A DNA stretch of 60,375 nucleotides, the filler included, from Thelocarpon superellum (Eukaryota): assembly GCA_026025795.1 (NCBI GenBank). It is 2 parts of 2 records of this genome, joined end to end, with 100 filler letters (N's around TTAATTAATTAA, not from the genome) between each part and the next. Parts side by side here need not be neighbours in the genome. Positions count along the whole stretch, not along the records: positions 30,248 to 60,375 come from JAPEUG010000208.1; 1 more part is not named here. One strand, 5' to 3'. The translations under genes and the position numbers were made by a program. Every line of letters begins with the position of its first letter. Within the stretch, counting starts at the first letter, position 1. The notes beneath the pieces are model-generated. The model worked only from the letters and a program-made list of their open reading frames with translations. It ran no database searches and was not told the origin of the DNA. Positions 37,400 to 50,239 of the stretch are shown here, piece after piece.

Positions 37400-39403
37400 G
37401 GCGAGCGCGAAGGATCGAGACGGGACGCGTCAAGCGAGAGAACCTCTTGGACGCGTCCGACGCGTCGTGCGTTTGGCGAGACGCGTCCACTTAGCTGCGC
37501 GCACTCGTGCCAACCGCCCCGGGCCTCCAGACCGTCCGTCCTCGGCGCCAGCACCCGGTACAAGCACAGCTCATGGGAGACTCCCCGATCAGCGAAGAGG
37601 TGGCCTGAAACCCTCCCTTTGGTCTGGGTGTAGATGTCTTCAGCCGCACAGAGCGTGTCTCCAAGTGTGCAATGTGATGGTAGGTAGAGCTTGTGCACGC
37701 AGGCTCATATCCGGCGGTGGTACCGGCGGCCTCGAATCATCACCGAGGCCGATCAGCAGAGCGAACGGAGGGATGAGGGATGCGTGTCAGCTGCTTGTAA
37801 TCACCGATCAACGGTCGGCAGACTGCATTGCACGAGAAGGTGGTCCGACAGTCCCCCACTGTTTCACGAGCGTCGTCTGGTCTCGTCGGCTCTTTCCCCA
37901 CAGAGCTGTGGCCTGCATCTGACAAGTGATCGACCGCGGTCTCATCCGCAGGGCGCATATACGAAGCTCGGCCGCCGCCTGCCGATATGACGGTAGTGGG
38001 AGGGCGCAAGAGTGATGCTAATTTGGGAGAGGGTGGGACGCAGATCCCCTAGGTCCCAAGAGGCGGAAACACTTCCACATGCCTCTAGAAGGCACGGGAG
38101 TCTCGACGATGCACCGGCGACGGGATGATGATGGCCTGGAGGCTACGATGTGACACGCTCGCCCAGATGCGGGGGCCCGCGACTTGACATTTACCTGCCG
38201 ACAGTGCTGATCGTCATCGTAAGGCCAACGGCGTCGCCCCCAGTCGGGAGGAGACATGATTCTAGCACTTGAAACATCTTCGAGGACATGCACGATGCCG
38301 GCCCTGCCACGCACCTCCTCGTTTGGAGTGTCCGCTCCGGCGGAGGGAGGTGGACTAGGGCCGGCCATCGCGGCACCAGCTATCGGGGCGTCGCTCATCT
38401 CCTCCACCAGCACCGAGGCGTGTGGCGGGGAAGGTCGTGCGCGGTGGAGGTGGTGCGTAATGAAAGAAGTGATCAGCCGATCCATGGTTCAATCCCCCTC
38501 GGCCTGTGGGGCGTTCCTTGCAGAGGTCGAGAAGTGGTAGGTTCGTCGACGCTACGTACAGGCGACGGTCGCCGTGGACCACCTCCAGGCCCGTGAAGGA
38601 GCACTGGGCGCATTATAGTACTTGGAAGCACTGCGGGCCATGGGGGCCGTCGGCGTGGGCGCTGGCGTGGGCGTGGACGGAGGGCCGTACCATAGCGCTC
38701 GAACGAGTAGGACGGGTAGTGTGGTGAACGGACATGTCGGCCTCTCCCAGACCGGTGGGTGCTGGGAACTTAGGCCCAGGGCAGCGACCAACTGGGTCTA
38801 GCGATTGGGCGGGCCAGGGATAGGCCTCGGGGCTGCCCTTGGGACCAAGGTCAGCTGCACACTTTAGCCTGGAACTACTGTTAGTCGGGGCCCCCCGGTC
38901 ACATCCTCTTCGCTCTCCACCCCCCCTCCCCCGCCCGCGGCGTTCCTTGCAGCGATGCGGCGATCGAGACCGGGCATGAGCAGCGAGAGCATCCTCGGGC
39001 TGGTGCGCCCCCGTCAATCTGCCCAATCCCCAGTCTCATCCGATGCACAGTGGCACTAAGGCGCTGCAGCTACTGCATAGCTACTTATGGTAGGATATCC
39101 TCCCACGCTTCGCCCATCATCTTGCGATCCCTCATCTCATCATCCCGCCTCTCGACCCTGCTGTCAGGTGTCGCTGTGTGGTAGAGAATCTCTTGCGCCG
39201 GAAGCACTCCTGGGTCAATCGACTCATCGACGACGTCTCTCACCTGGCGCACTCCTCGCGACCGCTTTGCTCTCTTCGTCTCTCCGCTCCTTCGCCCCTC
39301 TCCGCCCGCGCAACGCCTCGAACCTTGCGCGCCAAGCCCATCATCCACTACATCATCACCCGTGGCCAGTGCCTTGGAACCTACCTCGTCACCATCCTCA
39401 ACC

Positions 39404-40111
39404 ATGTTCCTTCCCACCTCCCTCGCGTGTGAGGGCCGTACCACTCGGACTCGGTCGTCGCGCATCCTCCCGCTCTCCGTCTTTGCAACGCCTCCTCCCA
39501 GCGACGACGACCCGATATCGCCGCGCAACAATGGCCTGGTCACGACGTGCAGGGCCTTGCAATCCATGTTGACCGCACAACCTACCTCTCCCGTGACTCC
39601 ACGACTCGGGCGTGCGCTGGCGCCGCCTTCGCTCTCCAGCCCCATTGCCCTCTCCTTCCCCCCCACCCGCATCCAGAAAAGCAGCCCGCGCGGCGGGCGC
39701 AAGCGACGACGCAGCGTGGACGACGAAGACGACAGCGACAAGGAGCTGCAGCAGAACTTCAACCTGCGCTACTCCACGCCCAAGCGGCACTGTGCCGCCC
39801 CGATCTCGCTCCCGCTCGGCCTCGAGCGATCCGACTTTGAGGCCCTGGAGACGCCGTCGGACGAGGAAGAGTTCCTGTCGATGGACGAGGAGGAGACGTG
39901 GTCGCTGGAGGAAGATCGTGCACTGGTCGACATGGTGCTTGACAAGCTGAAGCTCACCAAGAGCGAATGGCAAGACTGTGCGCGATCACTCGGCAAGAAA
40001 AGTGGCAGTATCGGGAAGCGATGGCAAAGTTTGATGGGAGAAGGGAGTGTGGGCTTGCGCAAGAAGAAGGCGAGAGCCCGACCGACGGTAGACCCGAAGA
40101 TGTGGACGTGA
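39404..40111 (+). CDS. Hypothetical protein with a C-terminal Myb/SANT-like domain
   Basis: WSLEEDRAL...EWQDCARSLG...IGKRW shows Myb-like tryptophan spacing. Also has a basic NLS-like RKRRR and a Ser/Pro-rich N-terminus. The first in-frame ATG is at 39404. Confidence 0.7.
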   Translation: MFLPTSLACEGRTTRTRSSRILPLSVFATPPPSDDDPISPRNNGLVTTCRALQSMLTAQPTSPVTPRLGRALAPPSLSSPIALSFPPTRIQKSSPRGGRKRRRSVDDEDDSDKELQQNFNLRYSTPKRHCAAPISLPLGLERSDFEALETPSDEEEFLSMDEEETWSLEEDRALVDMVLDKLKLTKSEWQDCARSLGKKSGSIGKRWQSLMGEGSVGLRKKKARARPTVDPKMWT

Positions 40112-40214
40112 GGGGAGATGGGGGACGGGACAGCCAGAATATGACTTGTACGATACACATACCCAAACATAGCGTTGCTGAAATCCGGACTCGAATCCCA
40201 TCTGTGAAGACGCC

Positions 40215-40249
40215 GCTGCTGCTGCTGCTGCTGCCGCTGCTGCTGCTGC
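40215..40249. repeat. (CTG)n trinucleotide tract
   Basis: Read directly, between the Myb-like gene and RIT1. Confidence 0.8.
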
Positions 40250-40360
40250 GAGATTGCATCATACCGAGTATTATCCATGTCGGGGGCGCCTCATGCCCAA
40301 CCAACTCTCACCCCTCTAACTTTACTTTCCGGCAGCAGACGCTGTCTACCCGACAACACC

Positions 40361-42473
40361 ATGGACCGACCCCGACCCACCACCGACCCACCGACCGCCA
40401 GTCTAATCTTCCCGTCATCGACGACGCACAACCTCGCCGGAACGCTCTCGGCACTTCGAAAATCCACCCTGTCGATTCACAACCGCCTACGGTCCATCCG
40501 AAGCGACGCAGAATTCGTGCTACGCGTCTCGTCCGCGTTCGGAACCTCCCGGCCTGTCTTCGCCAACGAGCGATGCGGGAGCTGGTATATTCCGCCGGCG
40601 CGCAAAGGCGGGAGTTGTTACTTCAAGAGCACCGACGGCCATACGGGTCAATGGGGATTTAGTCTGCGGAGACTGAATTCCGCTTTGTTGGAGGCAGTGT
40701 CGGGACGTGCTCTGCCTGCTTCATCACCTGATCACATCCCCTCGCTCGACGTAGTCCCCGCTCCTGCTGCTGTCCCGCCGTGTGACGCCGCTCCTTTGAC
40801 TGAAGCCCTGTCATCTCCCCCCCTCCTGGGTTGTATCGTTGTGGACTCGACTAGGCGTGGTAAATCCATGCCGGATGCGCTCGCCAAAACCATCCCGATC
40901 TGGTGTGCGGTATGGAATCGGATCTGGTCTCGGGGGATGAGCGTCGACGACGAGAAAGGAAGACGAGCAGGACGGCTGCACACGCCTCCTAACGCCGTGT
41001 CTCAGTCTGAACATTCGCAAATTGATGAGAGACTCGATGGATTTGTCAAGGGATATTTGGTGGGTTTCGCTCCATTTCTTTGGTAACTGTTTTCTAATCA
41101 ATAAAAAACAGGATTTGGGAATTGAACCCCCTCCTCGTCCACTCAAACCTCTCCGACCCATTTGGATCACGCAAGAATCCTCCCTCCCCTCTACCCCACC
41201 CGTCTTCGACGACTTCATTCCAGTCATATGCTGCACGGCCTCTCGTCGAGTGGTCGGAGCCGAAGCATCCGAAAACGGATACATCCAGGGCGCGGGCGAC
41301 GATAGCGAGGGATGGGCAATGGTGAGTTGAGCATCATAGGTACATGTACATAACATCTTGAGAGGAATGAGTGGCCGATGACTGACTGACCGACTGATGA
41401 GTGGCTGATAGGGCCTAACTCCATCTCGGTTTTGGGAGCACTCGGAGGAACTGTGGGCGTTGTCCGAACCCGATCTTCGAATACGCATCGCGCAGATGGT
41501 CGATGAATCCAAACGTCCTTCTATCCCTCGACTGCATGCTCCCTTTTCCTTTCGGCCACCAACGGTCATCTCGCCTACCAAATCGTTTTGTGTGATGCCA
41601 CTACCGCTACATTGGTCGCCGACGGACTCGCTCCCGTCCGAGATATTGTCTTCATACGCGGTGGTCATCACCAGTTCTCCTTCACCTTCTTTTCCTCTCT
41701 CCTGTGCCACCATACCACCCGCCCCTACCGTCAGCGCATCAACCAAAGCGCAGACAAACCCGCATCTACATATCCACATCCCACTCCCGTCCGGCCCAAG
41801 CAAGCAGGGAAGCAGAGCTCTCCGACCGCTCTTACGAGCTGCGTTGGCCCTACTCTACTCTCCATCCATAACCAAAGCAGAGAGGCGAATAGACGGCGGC
41901 GACGACGACGATGACGACGACGACGACGAAGAGGACGACGAAGAGGACAAACACGAAGAGGAAGACGGAGAGATCCCCATCCTCATCGCGTCCACTTCCC
42001 CCTTCGATCACGGAACAGGCATCGCATTGGCGGTGTTATGTCTCTTGTATGACTCCAGTGGCAGTCAGGAGCGTTCCTTCTTGGAGTCTTCCTCGACCAC
42101 CACTACCACGCCAAAAAGGACGAAGATGACTTTGGATACGAACACGAGCACGGCGAGATCTACATCTACATCTGCAGCCGGAAGAGAAAGAAAACGGGCG
42201 AGCTCAATGGGCATACAAGAAGATGAAAACGAAAACGAGGAAGAGCGGAAAGAAGGAGGAGGGCGGAAGAATATAGACAAAGCAGAGATACGGCGAAAAC
42301 TGGCTTGGCTTCTTTCCTCCTTCTCTCCCTCTCCCCTCTCTTCGGCGTTCTCTTCGATCGATTCTGCAAAAGCCAGGCGAGATACTGCTGGTGGACCCTC
42401 ACGAGCTACCATCCAGGCTGTTCATGACGTCCTCATGTCTCCGTCTCCTTCCCGTTCTCACCTTCAGTCTTAG
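40361..42473 (+). CDS. RIT1: Initiator tRNA A64 2'-O-ribosylphosphate transferase, 2 introns
   Basis: Has LSIHNRLRSI, ANERCGSWY, YFKSTDGHTGQWGFSLRRLN, VDSTRRGKSMPDAL, KPLRPIW, YIQGAGDDSEGW and a terminal PSRATIQAV. Confidence 0.92.
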
Positions 42474-42797
42474 TCTGGACCCCGCACCATCGTCTCGGTA
42501 ATGATACATCTATTCGTCCTATCCCGAACTCTCTGTTCCTAGTACCGCAAGTTCTACCAATACCAGTATCCTCTCCAGTATCAGAACCATAGTCCGTACC
42601 ATCCACGTCCGGTCCATCCTATCTGCCTGTCGTGACTCTGTCATTGTACACGCCATGATCCACTCCCCGTCCGTATCAGTACCACCACCCTGTACTCTCC
42701 ATCAATGTCTACACCACAACCATCGCATGTTTTCCGAAAACCCGAATCGACCCAGAACCTGAACCCAAGGTGAGGAGAGTGAAGTGATGTGAAGAGA

Positions 42798-45700
42798 TCA
42801 CCTCCCCTCTAATCCACCATCTCCATCCGCAATCCGCAATCGTTCCTTGGCCGTCTTGGCCTTCTTCGATGTTCCCTTCCGGGGACGAGCGGTCGAGGCT
42901 GGTGCTTCGACAGGCGTCGCGGTTCCGGACGGCTTGTTGCTTCCATCGTCAAAGTGTCCTTCGCCTACTCATCGCAATCGTCAGCCTGTGCCCATCCACA
43001 TGTACTTCGGGAGAAGATCACGGTACTCACCCTCATGATACATATCATCCAAGCTGACATCCGCCTTTCGCTTCTTGCCCGCCTTCTTCCTTCCCAGCGG
43101 TTCCTTGGCTTCCGCGGCAGCCAGCTCGGCTTCCTTGCGTTCAATCTCCGCCGCTTGGTCGTCGTCGGCCAGCCACATGGCAATGTCCTTGGTTCGGTTC
43201 TCGCGCGATCGGGTGTTGAAGTCCACGCCGGCACCTGATCCTCCGGAGATGACCACGCGCTGCACCTCTTCTTTCTGCAACGCACGCTTCCGGATCCGTT
43301 CTTCGATCGTGCCCCGCGTAATCATCCGGTACACCGTCACCTGTCGCGTTTGTCCGAGACGATGCGCTCGGTCCATGGCTTGGCTGTCGATCGTCGGATT
43401 CCAGTCCGAATCGTAGAAAATAACCGTGTCGGCCGCCGTCAAGTTGATGCCCAGGCCACCAGCTCGCGTCGATAGGAGGAAGACGAAGATCTCCGGTCGC
43501 GTTTGGAAGTCATGAACCGTGTCGCGACGGTCCTCCAGCTTCGTCGAGCCATCAAGACGCAAATACTTGTAGTTGCGGTAGGTTAGGTACTCCTCCATGA
43601 GGTCAATCATCCGCGTCATCTGGAAGTAGAGGAGCACGCGGTGTCCGCCTTCCTTCAGCTGCACGAGCAGTTCATCCAGCTTCGCTAGCTTGCCCGAGTC
43701 CGTCACGAAGCGGCGCATCGACGGCACTTGGATGTTCGTGTAGCGAGCCTTGTCGGAGATGGGCGCCGGGAGCATCTTGCTCGGCGGAAACCAGGCCAGA
43801 TTCGTCTTGCGCTCGACGAGCTTCTGCTCGACCAATTCCGTCGGCCCGAACAACGCCCGCCGCACCTCCAGATCAAACAAGAGGTGCTCCTTCTCCATCT
43901 CGGCGCTGCGGCTAGAACAAAAGACGTCGATTGGCGGGGCGGACGCGCGAGGACGAGCGCATTGTTCGATCTGATTCAGTCCTGAATCCTCCCACACCTT
44001 CCGCGACACGCCCATCAAGCTACGGAGCCGTCCTTCGTTGGTCACTTCAGCCAGCGCCGGTCGGTCGTTGCGTCGCGTGATCTGCAAGAGAGCATGGACA
44101 GGAGTGAAGGCCTGATCCTCGTCGTCGTCATATGTAACCCTGAAGCGGTCCAAAGGGCGATCTGACTCGCGCCATCGAGTCGCCCGCGTGAAGGGACTCT
44201 CGTAAAAGGCTTGCGACACTTCCTGCACGGAGGTGTCGGCAAATCGCAACCATGAAAAGGCTCCGTGCGCCTCCTCGCCCTGCCGGATGTTGTCGGGCGT
44301 CCAGACATTCATCAGATGGTCCAAGTACTTCCCGCGGAACCCGGCCCGAGGGTTATCGTTACCAGGCAGATCGAGTCGGCCACCGTGGCGGTAGAGCAGT
44401 CGGGGCACCGGCCATTCGATCAGATTCCGCGTCGAGTAGGCCACCGTAACGACGGGACCTTCACGGAGGAAGGAAGCCGTCTCCGCAAAGTGCGCCAGCG
44501 ACAGCGGTGACGACGTCTCGGCGCGTTCAAATAAATCGGGGTGATTGCAGACCTTGCGGAATTGCATCACCAGGTTCATCAACGTCGCCGTGTCCTGGTC
44601 ATCACCAACCGCTGCCTTCTCGATCAGGTCCATGATACTGATGCGGTTTCGCAGATTCCCGTAGTAGGCGCGCTGGCGGTAGGTGAGGTCGCAGAAGACA
44701 TCAAGTTCAATCTTATCGCCCAACTCCTTCTGCACGTGCTTCTTGATACGTCGTAGCATGAAGGGCTTCAGGATCATGTGGAGCCGCTTGAGCTGATCCT
44801 CGTTGAGCTTCGTGTTGCTCTGCGCGTGGCTCTCGATATCCTTTGAGAACCAGTCGCTGAACTCATCGTGCGAGTCAAAGAGACTGGGCATGATGAAGTG
44901 TAGCAAGGCCCACAGTTCCTGCATGTTGTTCTGGATCGGCGTGCCGGTCAGCAACAAGCGGTTGCGACAGTGGAACCCCAGCAGACTCTTCCACCGCGAG
45001 CTCTGCGAAGACTTGATGGCCTGGGCCTCGTCGAGGATCATGTACTGCCAACGGATTTTCTGGAAGTACTGCGTATCCTGGACCACCAGCTGGTACGACG
45101 TCACGAGCACGTGGAAAGACGATTCGCGTCCGTAGGTGATATGCTTGCGGTCCCAGAACTTGCGCAGCACTTTGCGGTCCTTGGCGTTGCCCCAGTAGGG
45201 TAAGACCTTTAGGTCCGGTACGAAACGCGTAATCTCTTGCTGCCAGTTGTGCAGGGTCGAGGCCGGAGCAATGACGAGGAAGGGCCCCCAGATGTTGTGA
45301 GCCTCGGCCAGATAGGCCATGACGGAGATGGATTGCACCGTCTTGCCCAGGCCCATTTCGTCGGCCAAGATGCCGTTGATGCCCTGCTCGTAGAGATTGA
45401 CAAGCCAGTTGAGCCCCTTAAGCTGGTACTCTTTCAGCTGCGCCGTCAACATCTTCGGCTGGGCCACGTCCATGTCGACCAAACTGGTAGGGTTTTGGAA
45501 GTTCATTTCTTCGCCATCCGGGTCCGCAGCGGAGTCGGCGGCGGCACCTTGGTTGAAGGCGCGGGCGCGATCCTGTGCCTCCTGCACGGCGTTCTGAGCA
45601 TTGGCGCGGGCAATGTCCTGTAGACGCGACTCGTCATCGTCATCAAAATCAAGGTTCTCGAAATTGGTGACCTTGGCCGCGGGCCTGCTGGGATCCGAGG

Positions 45701-48152
45701 CCGGTAGGGGCTGCGTCGTTACGACGGCGGTTCCAGTCTCACTTCCCTTGGCCGCGGCCGCGGCGGCCGGGTCGACGCTGTCGGTGGACCGTTCGACCTC
45801 GTCCGTCTTGACCTTAGCGCCAACGAAGTGCGAGTACAGCTCGGTTTGGGAGATGAGAAAGTTCAGCTTCCGCTTCTGCCGGTTGGCCTCGCGATCAGCC
45901 TCGGCTTTCTTGGCCATCTCGAGCTCCTGCTTCTCCGCTAAGCGGCGGAGGTCGCGCTCCTCGCGCTCGTTCCGCTTCCAGAAAGACATCATCTCCCGCA
46001 TGCTCCGCTTAGCGCGGGCCTGCACGTCCTTCATGCTCTTGTTGGTGCGCAGCTGCCAGCGGCGGGCCTCCTTGGACGCAAGCTGAGCCGTCTTCCGCAG
46101 ATTGGACTGCTTGGTGGACAGCGACTGCTCTTTGATGCGGTAGACGCGGGGGATATCCTTGCGGGCGAGGTCGCGCCAGATCTGATCATAGATCTGGTTG
46201 TAGCCCTTGGACACGAAAGGGATAAAGGGCGCGGGAGTGACATCCTTGTCCTTGGACTTGGCCTCTTTGGCCTCTTTGGCTTCCTTGCTCTCGCGCTTCA
46301 GCGCTTCGCGCCGGTCCTCCTTGGGCGCGATTGTGACGGGCTCGGGCTTTCCGCCTTGGGCGGCGGCGTGGGCGGCCTCGGCCGCATCTTTCTCGGCCTG
46401 TTTCTGCTCCTTGGACTTGCGTGGGCGGGCGCCGCCACGGCCGCTCTTCTTCTTCTTGGGCGGCTCGGGGTCGATGCTCTCGGTGAGCAGGGAGAAGGAG
46501 GCCATGGTGCCGCCCTCGAAGTTGGGCGCCAGCGGTGTCACCTCGCGTAGCTCCTGCGCGCTGGCGCCATCGCCGCGCTCAAGGATCATCTTGGTGGCGC
46601 GGGCCTTCTTGTCTGCGCGCTGGGCCTCGCGCACGAACTTTTCGCGCTCGGCCTCATCCGCGGCACGCTGCGCCTTTTCGATGGCTTCATTGCGCTTTTG
46701 GTATTCATTCTGCACCGTCTTCTCGCGACGGCGCTTCCGCTGCATGTCCTTCTTGCGCTCCTTTTCATCAAGTACCTCGCGGCGCTGCACCTCTGCGACA
46801 GCCTCGTCGCCATATTTGCCCCGGAAACGACTCTCGCCGGTCTGAGCGAAGCGGAAGAGCACGTCGCCAAAGCGGGTGGTCACAGCCAATCGACGACGCT
46901 TGCGCTTGGCCTCCTCGCCCTCCTCGATTTCGAGGGTCCGCTTGCGGCTCCGCTCGCGAAAGGCGGCGCGGGCGTCGTCAAAGGCGGGGAGGTCTATGTC
47001 GCTGAGCTCGGGGTCGTCGATCTCAGCCGCCACGGCCGTGGCTTCATTTTCTTTGTCGGAGCTGGTGGCTTTGGCCTTTCCGGTTTTGACGCTGGGCGGA
47101 TGGACATCGTCGCCGTCCCCACCGCCGCGAGCCTTACTTGTCCGCTCGACGGTGGGTGTCGTGGTGCGATGGGATGACTGTCGCGCCGCGGCCCGCGCGG
47201 TCGGTCGAGGCTGTGACTCTTGTGGTGATGCTGCCGGGCCAACGGAGTCTCTCGCCGGCGCTCGTGGAGCCTTCGGTGCGGATTGAGTGTAGACAGAAGG
47301 AGGCGGAGGAGGTGCGGGGGTCGCCGAGGGCTCGGCGGTCGAGGTGGAGAGAATATTGGCAAAGGCCATTGGATCGGCCGTACGATTCGGCTTCTAGAAG
47401 ACGATCATTAGCATGGCCGTGATCGAGAGATGTTCGGCGACCAACTTTGGATGGAGTGGACGCTTCAGACACCGCGGTCGGTTGCAACGACGTGCCGTTC
47501 CGATGAACGTCAATCGCGTCAGCCTCCCACCCGGGACGGTAGGACGATTGTGAGATGGAACCAGTCCGACTAGGTGGGTGTGAGTGAGACGATGGCTGGA
47601 TGGGCGAATGATGCTGCCGGTGTGATTTGGTTGGGGATCCTTGCGATGGATCAAAGCCGCCGTGCTCACTGGGGCTCTCGGGGTAGGAGTAGGAAGGGCA
47701 AGCCTGCAAGCAGAAGGTGAGTGGGTGTTACTCAATCAACCCATTCGACTCAAGAGGCCGGCAGTGAATGAGCCACGGGCGTCAAGGAGGGCCACACTTA
47801 CTGATTGGGTTTGGCCGGGAGAACGGACGGATGGATGATGATTCCGCGCGCTCTCGTACGTGCCCTGGTCCAGCGTGGGATCGTAAAATGTCGACGTTGC
47901 TTTCTCTCGCGGACGATGGGGCGAGCCATTCATGGTGGTCAAGCCGTTGGCCGGCGGCGACGGGGGAGGTCGCACTCGCGGGCTGTGCGCCGCCGCAGGC
48001 ATAGGCAGCGCAGCGGGCGTCGGCGGATGATTTTGCGAATGATAGCTGGGCCGGGTATAGGCGCCGTTAGTCGGGGAGAAGGCATGGTCGTAGTGAGTGA
48101 CGGTGGGCGAGCGGGCGGCGAAAGGGGAGTGTTGCTGACTGGAACCCGACAT
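42798..48152 (-). CDS. INO80: Chromatin-remodelling ATPase Ino80, 3 introns
   Basis: DBINO region ([15 protein letters not shown]), [24 protein letters not shown], a split ATPase insert, [11 protein letters not shown] and [11 protein letters not shown]. The N-terminal exons are inferred. Confidence 0.95.
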
Positions 48153-48531
48153 GGCTGGATCGAGCACAGGAGGACGGGGGAAAAAGCGTCCTGGCACTCG
48201 TGACGAAGCGCTGGAGGGACCCAGCTGGGTCTGCAAAGGGCGAAGGCCCGAGACGACCTTGCTTTAGGGCGCGATCAAGGTGGAGGAAGGCTGACGGTCC
48301 ATGCTGGAGACGGGCGGCGATCCAGGTACCGTGGCTTCAGCGACGGGCCGGCCAAGGTGGTCCGGACACGATTCGAAGCTCGGATAGGGTGACCGTGTCA
48401 CGATGGTGGAGTCGCAGAAGTCCGACGGGCAAAATTCTTGGTCGGTCGGGCGCCGTCGTGGCTGATTACCGGACGAGAGCTGGGCGAGGCGCGACCGTGG
48501 CGATTCGGATGGTGCCGAGCCGGCGAGCGCC

Positions 48532-48557
48532 GGTGGTGGTGGTGGTGGTGGTGGTGG
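48532..48557. repeat. (GGT)n tract upstream of INO80
   Basis: Read directly from the sequence. Confidence 0.75.
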
Positions 48558-50239
48558 AGCAGAGGGGTGAGTTGGTCTGGCGACACTGGGGCAGCGGCGG
48601 TGGTACTCGTCCCGCGTACGAGGTTGGGTGGTGATGGGGCGAGGGCGGATGGTGAGGACGGCGATGATGGGGAAGAGAAAAAAAGGTGCACGAGGGACGA
48701 ACGCTGAAGGAAGTGGATGGAGGAGAGGGAATGGACGAGTTCGGGGAGCCGTGGTGTGCCGAACACCTTTGCTCCATCACGGACACGGCGAGCCCTTTCC
48801 GAACGCGCGCGGAGCTCTTGATTATGCCTGGAGGGTGTGTCGGTTCTACACTCATCGTTCTCCCACTCCCACGCCCGCGCCAACGCCCGCGCCCACACAC
48901 TACTTTTCCACCATCCAACTCCACCTAGGCGGACCCACGCGACGTGTTACAACCTGCGTACCCTCAACTCTACTTTTAGATAGCAGTCGCTCTTCGTGCT
49001 CTAGAGCAACCTGTGGTTGAACACATGTATGCCGATGGAAACGGGAATTCTCCAGACTCCCTTCGCGGTCGACTGGGAGCACCCCATGAGCTGCGCACGT
49101 GTGCTAGTAATGAGGTTGGTCAGTCTGAGCCTTGGAGGTATGCGCAGACCGTGTTAGTGTCCACCAATTTGGTGACCACTACTGGCCGGGTGGGACATCG
49201 ATCATCTGTCGCAACTTTCCCGTGCATTCAGGTAGGGACGAGCGAGGGAGGGCGTTTGCGTCCCTCGACCGGTGGCGTGGCCGGTCCTTTTTCCCGTGAC
49301 CGGCACTGGTGGCATTGATCTCGTGCACCAGGTCGAGCGTCAGCCGTCTAATACCATCCGTTGAACACCATCCGTTGGCAAATGGTGGCCGACGGGCCGG
49401 ACTCGGACCACGGAGGAACTACCACCGCTACCACCATCGAACTCGTAACCGCAGCGGCGCAGAAACAGATGGTGGTGGATGGATCTTCGCCTCGAGGGTG
49501 GATGAAGGGCGAGTACTCGTACGAGTAGGAGGGCCACTTCCTTGCCACTCGTCCTGTTCCGCGGTCAGCTCCTCGTCGAGAATGAGGTCGGCAATAATCC
49601 TCTGCTGATCCCTGTGGAGCAAACCCCCGTACTGTTACAAGTCTTAGTGGTCGGGATGCTCATTATTCACTGCGTTCCTCGTCACAGCCAACGAATCCGC
49701 CCTCGCTCACGGCGTAGCGGCATTCGTCGCCGCGTGGCCGGTCGTGGTTAGACTGTTCTCATCCCCCTGCATCGCAGCTCCGGCAGCGAGCGAGGCAAAA
49801 TAGCGACGCTACGCTGTCGTGGCCGTCCTTGTTCCTAGGCACGAGTAATCTGGAGACCCGCCCAGCCCGGTCCTTTGTCCACTCGGAGGAGGCTGGCGTC
49901 GGGTAAAGACGAAAGTCACGGTATCGAGGATGGCTTGAGGGCGCCAACATCTTCTGCGCACGCACACGCGATTTCGTCTGCGTACTTTCTGGTAGTACAT
50001 ACTCGCACGGCGCACGAGGTACTCCCGTACAAAGTACCCAGATGCAGGCACATACAACAAATGATCTATCGACGCTTCGACCAGATTATAGAAAGAAGCC
50101 ATTGATCGTGCATACCCACCGGTGACGTCCACCAGAGATGCCGACCGCCGACGCGAAAACTCCCCGCGAAGCCAGTCATATCCATGCCGCACCCGTGATT
50201 TCCTGATTTCCTGATGCCCCGATTCCTCCGCTTCAACGT

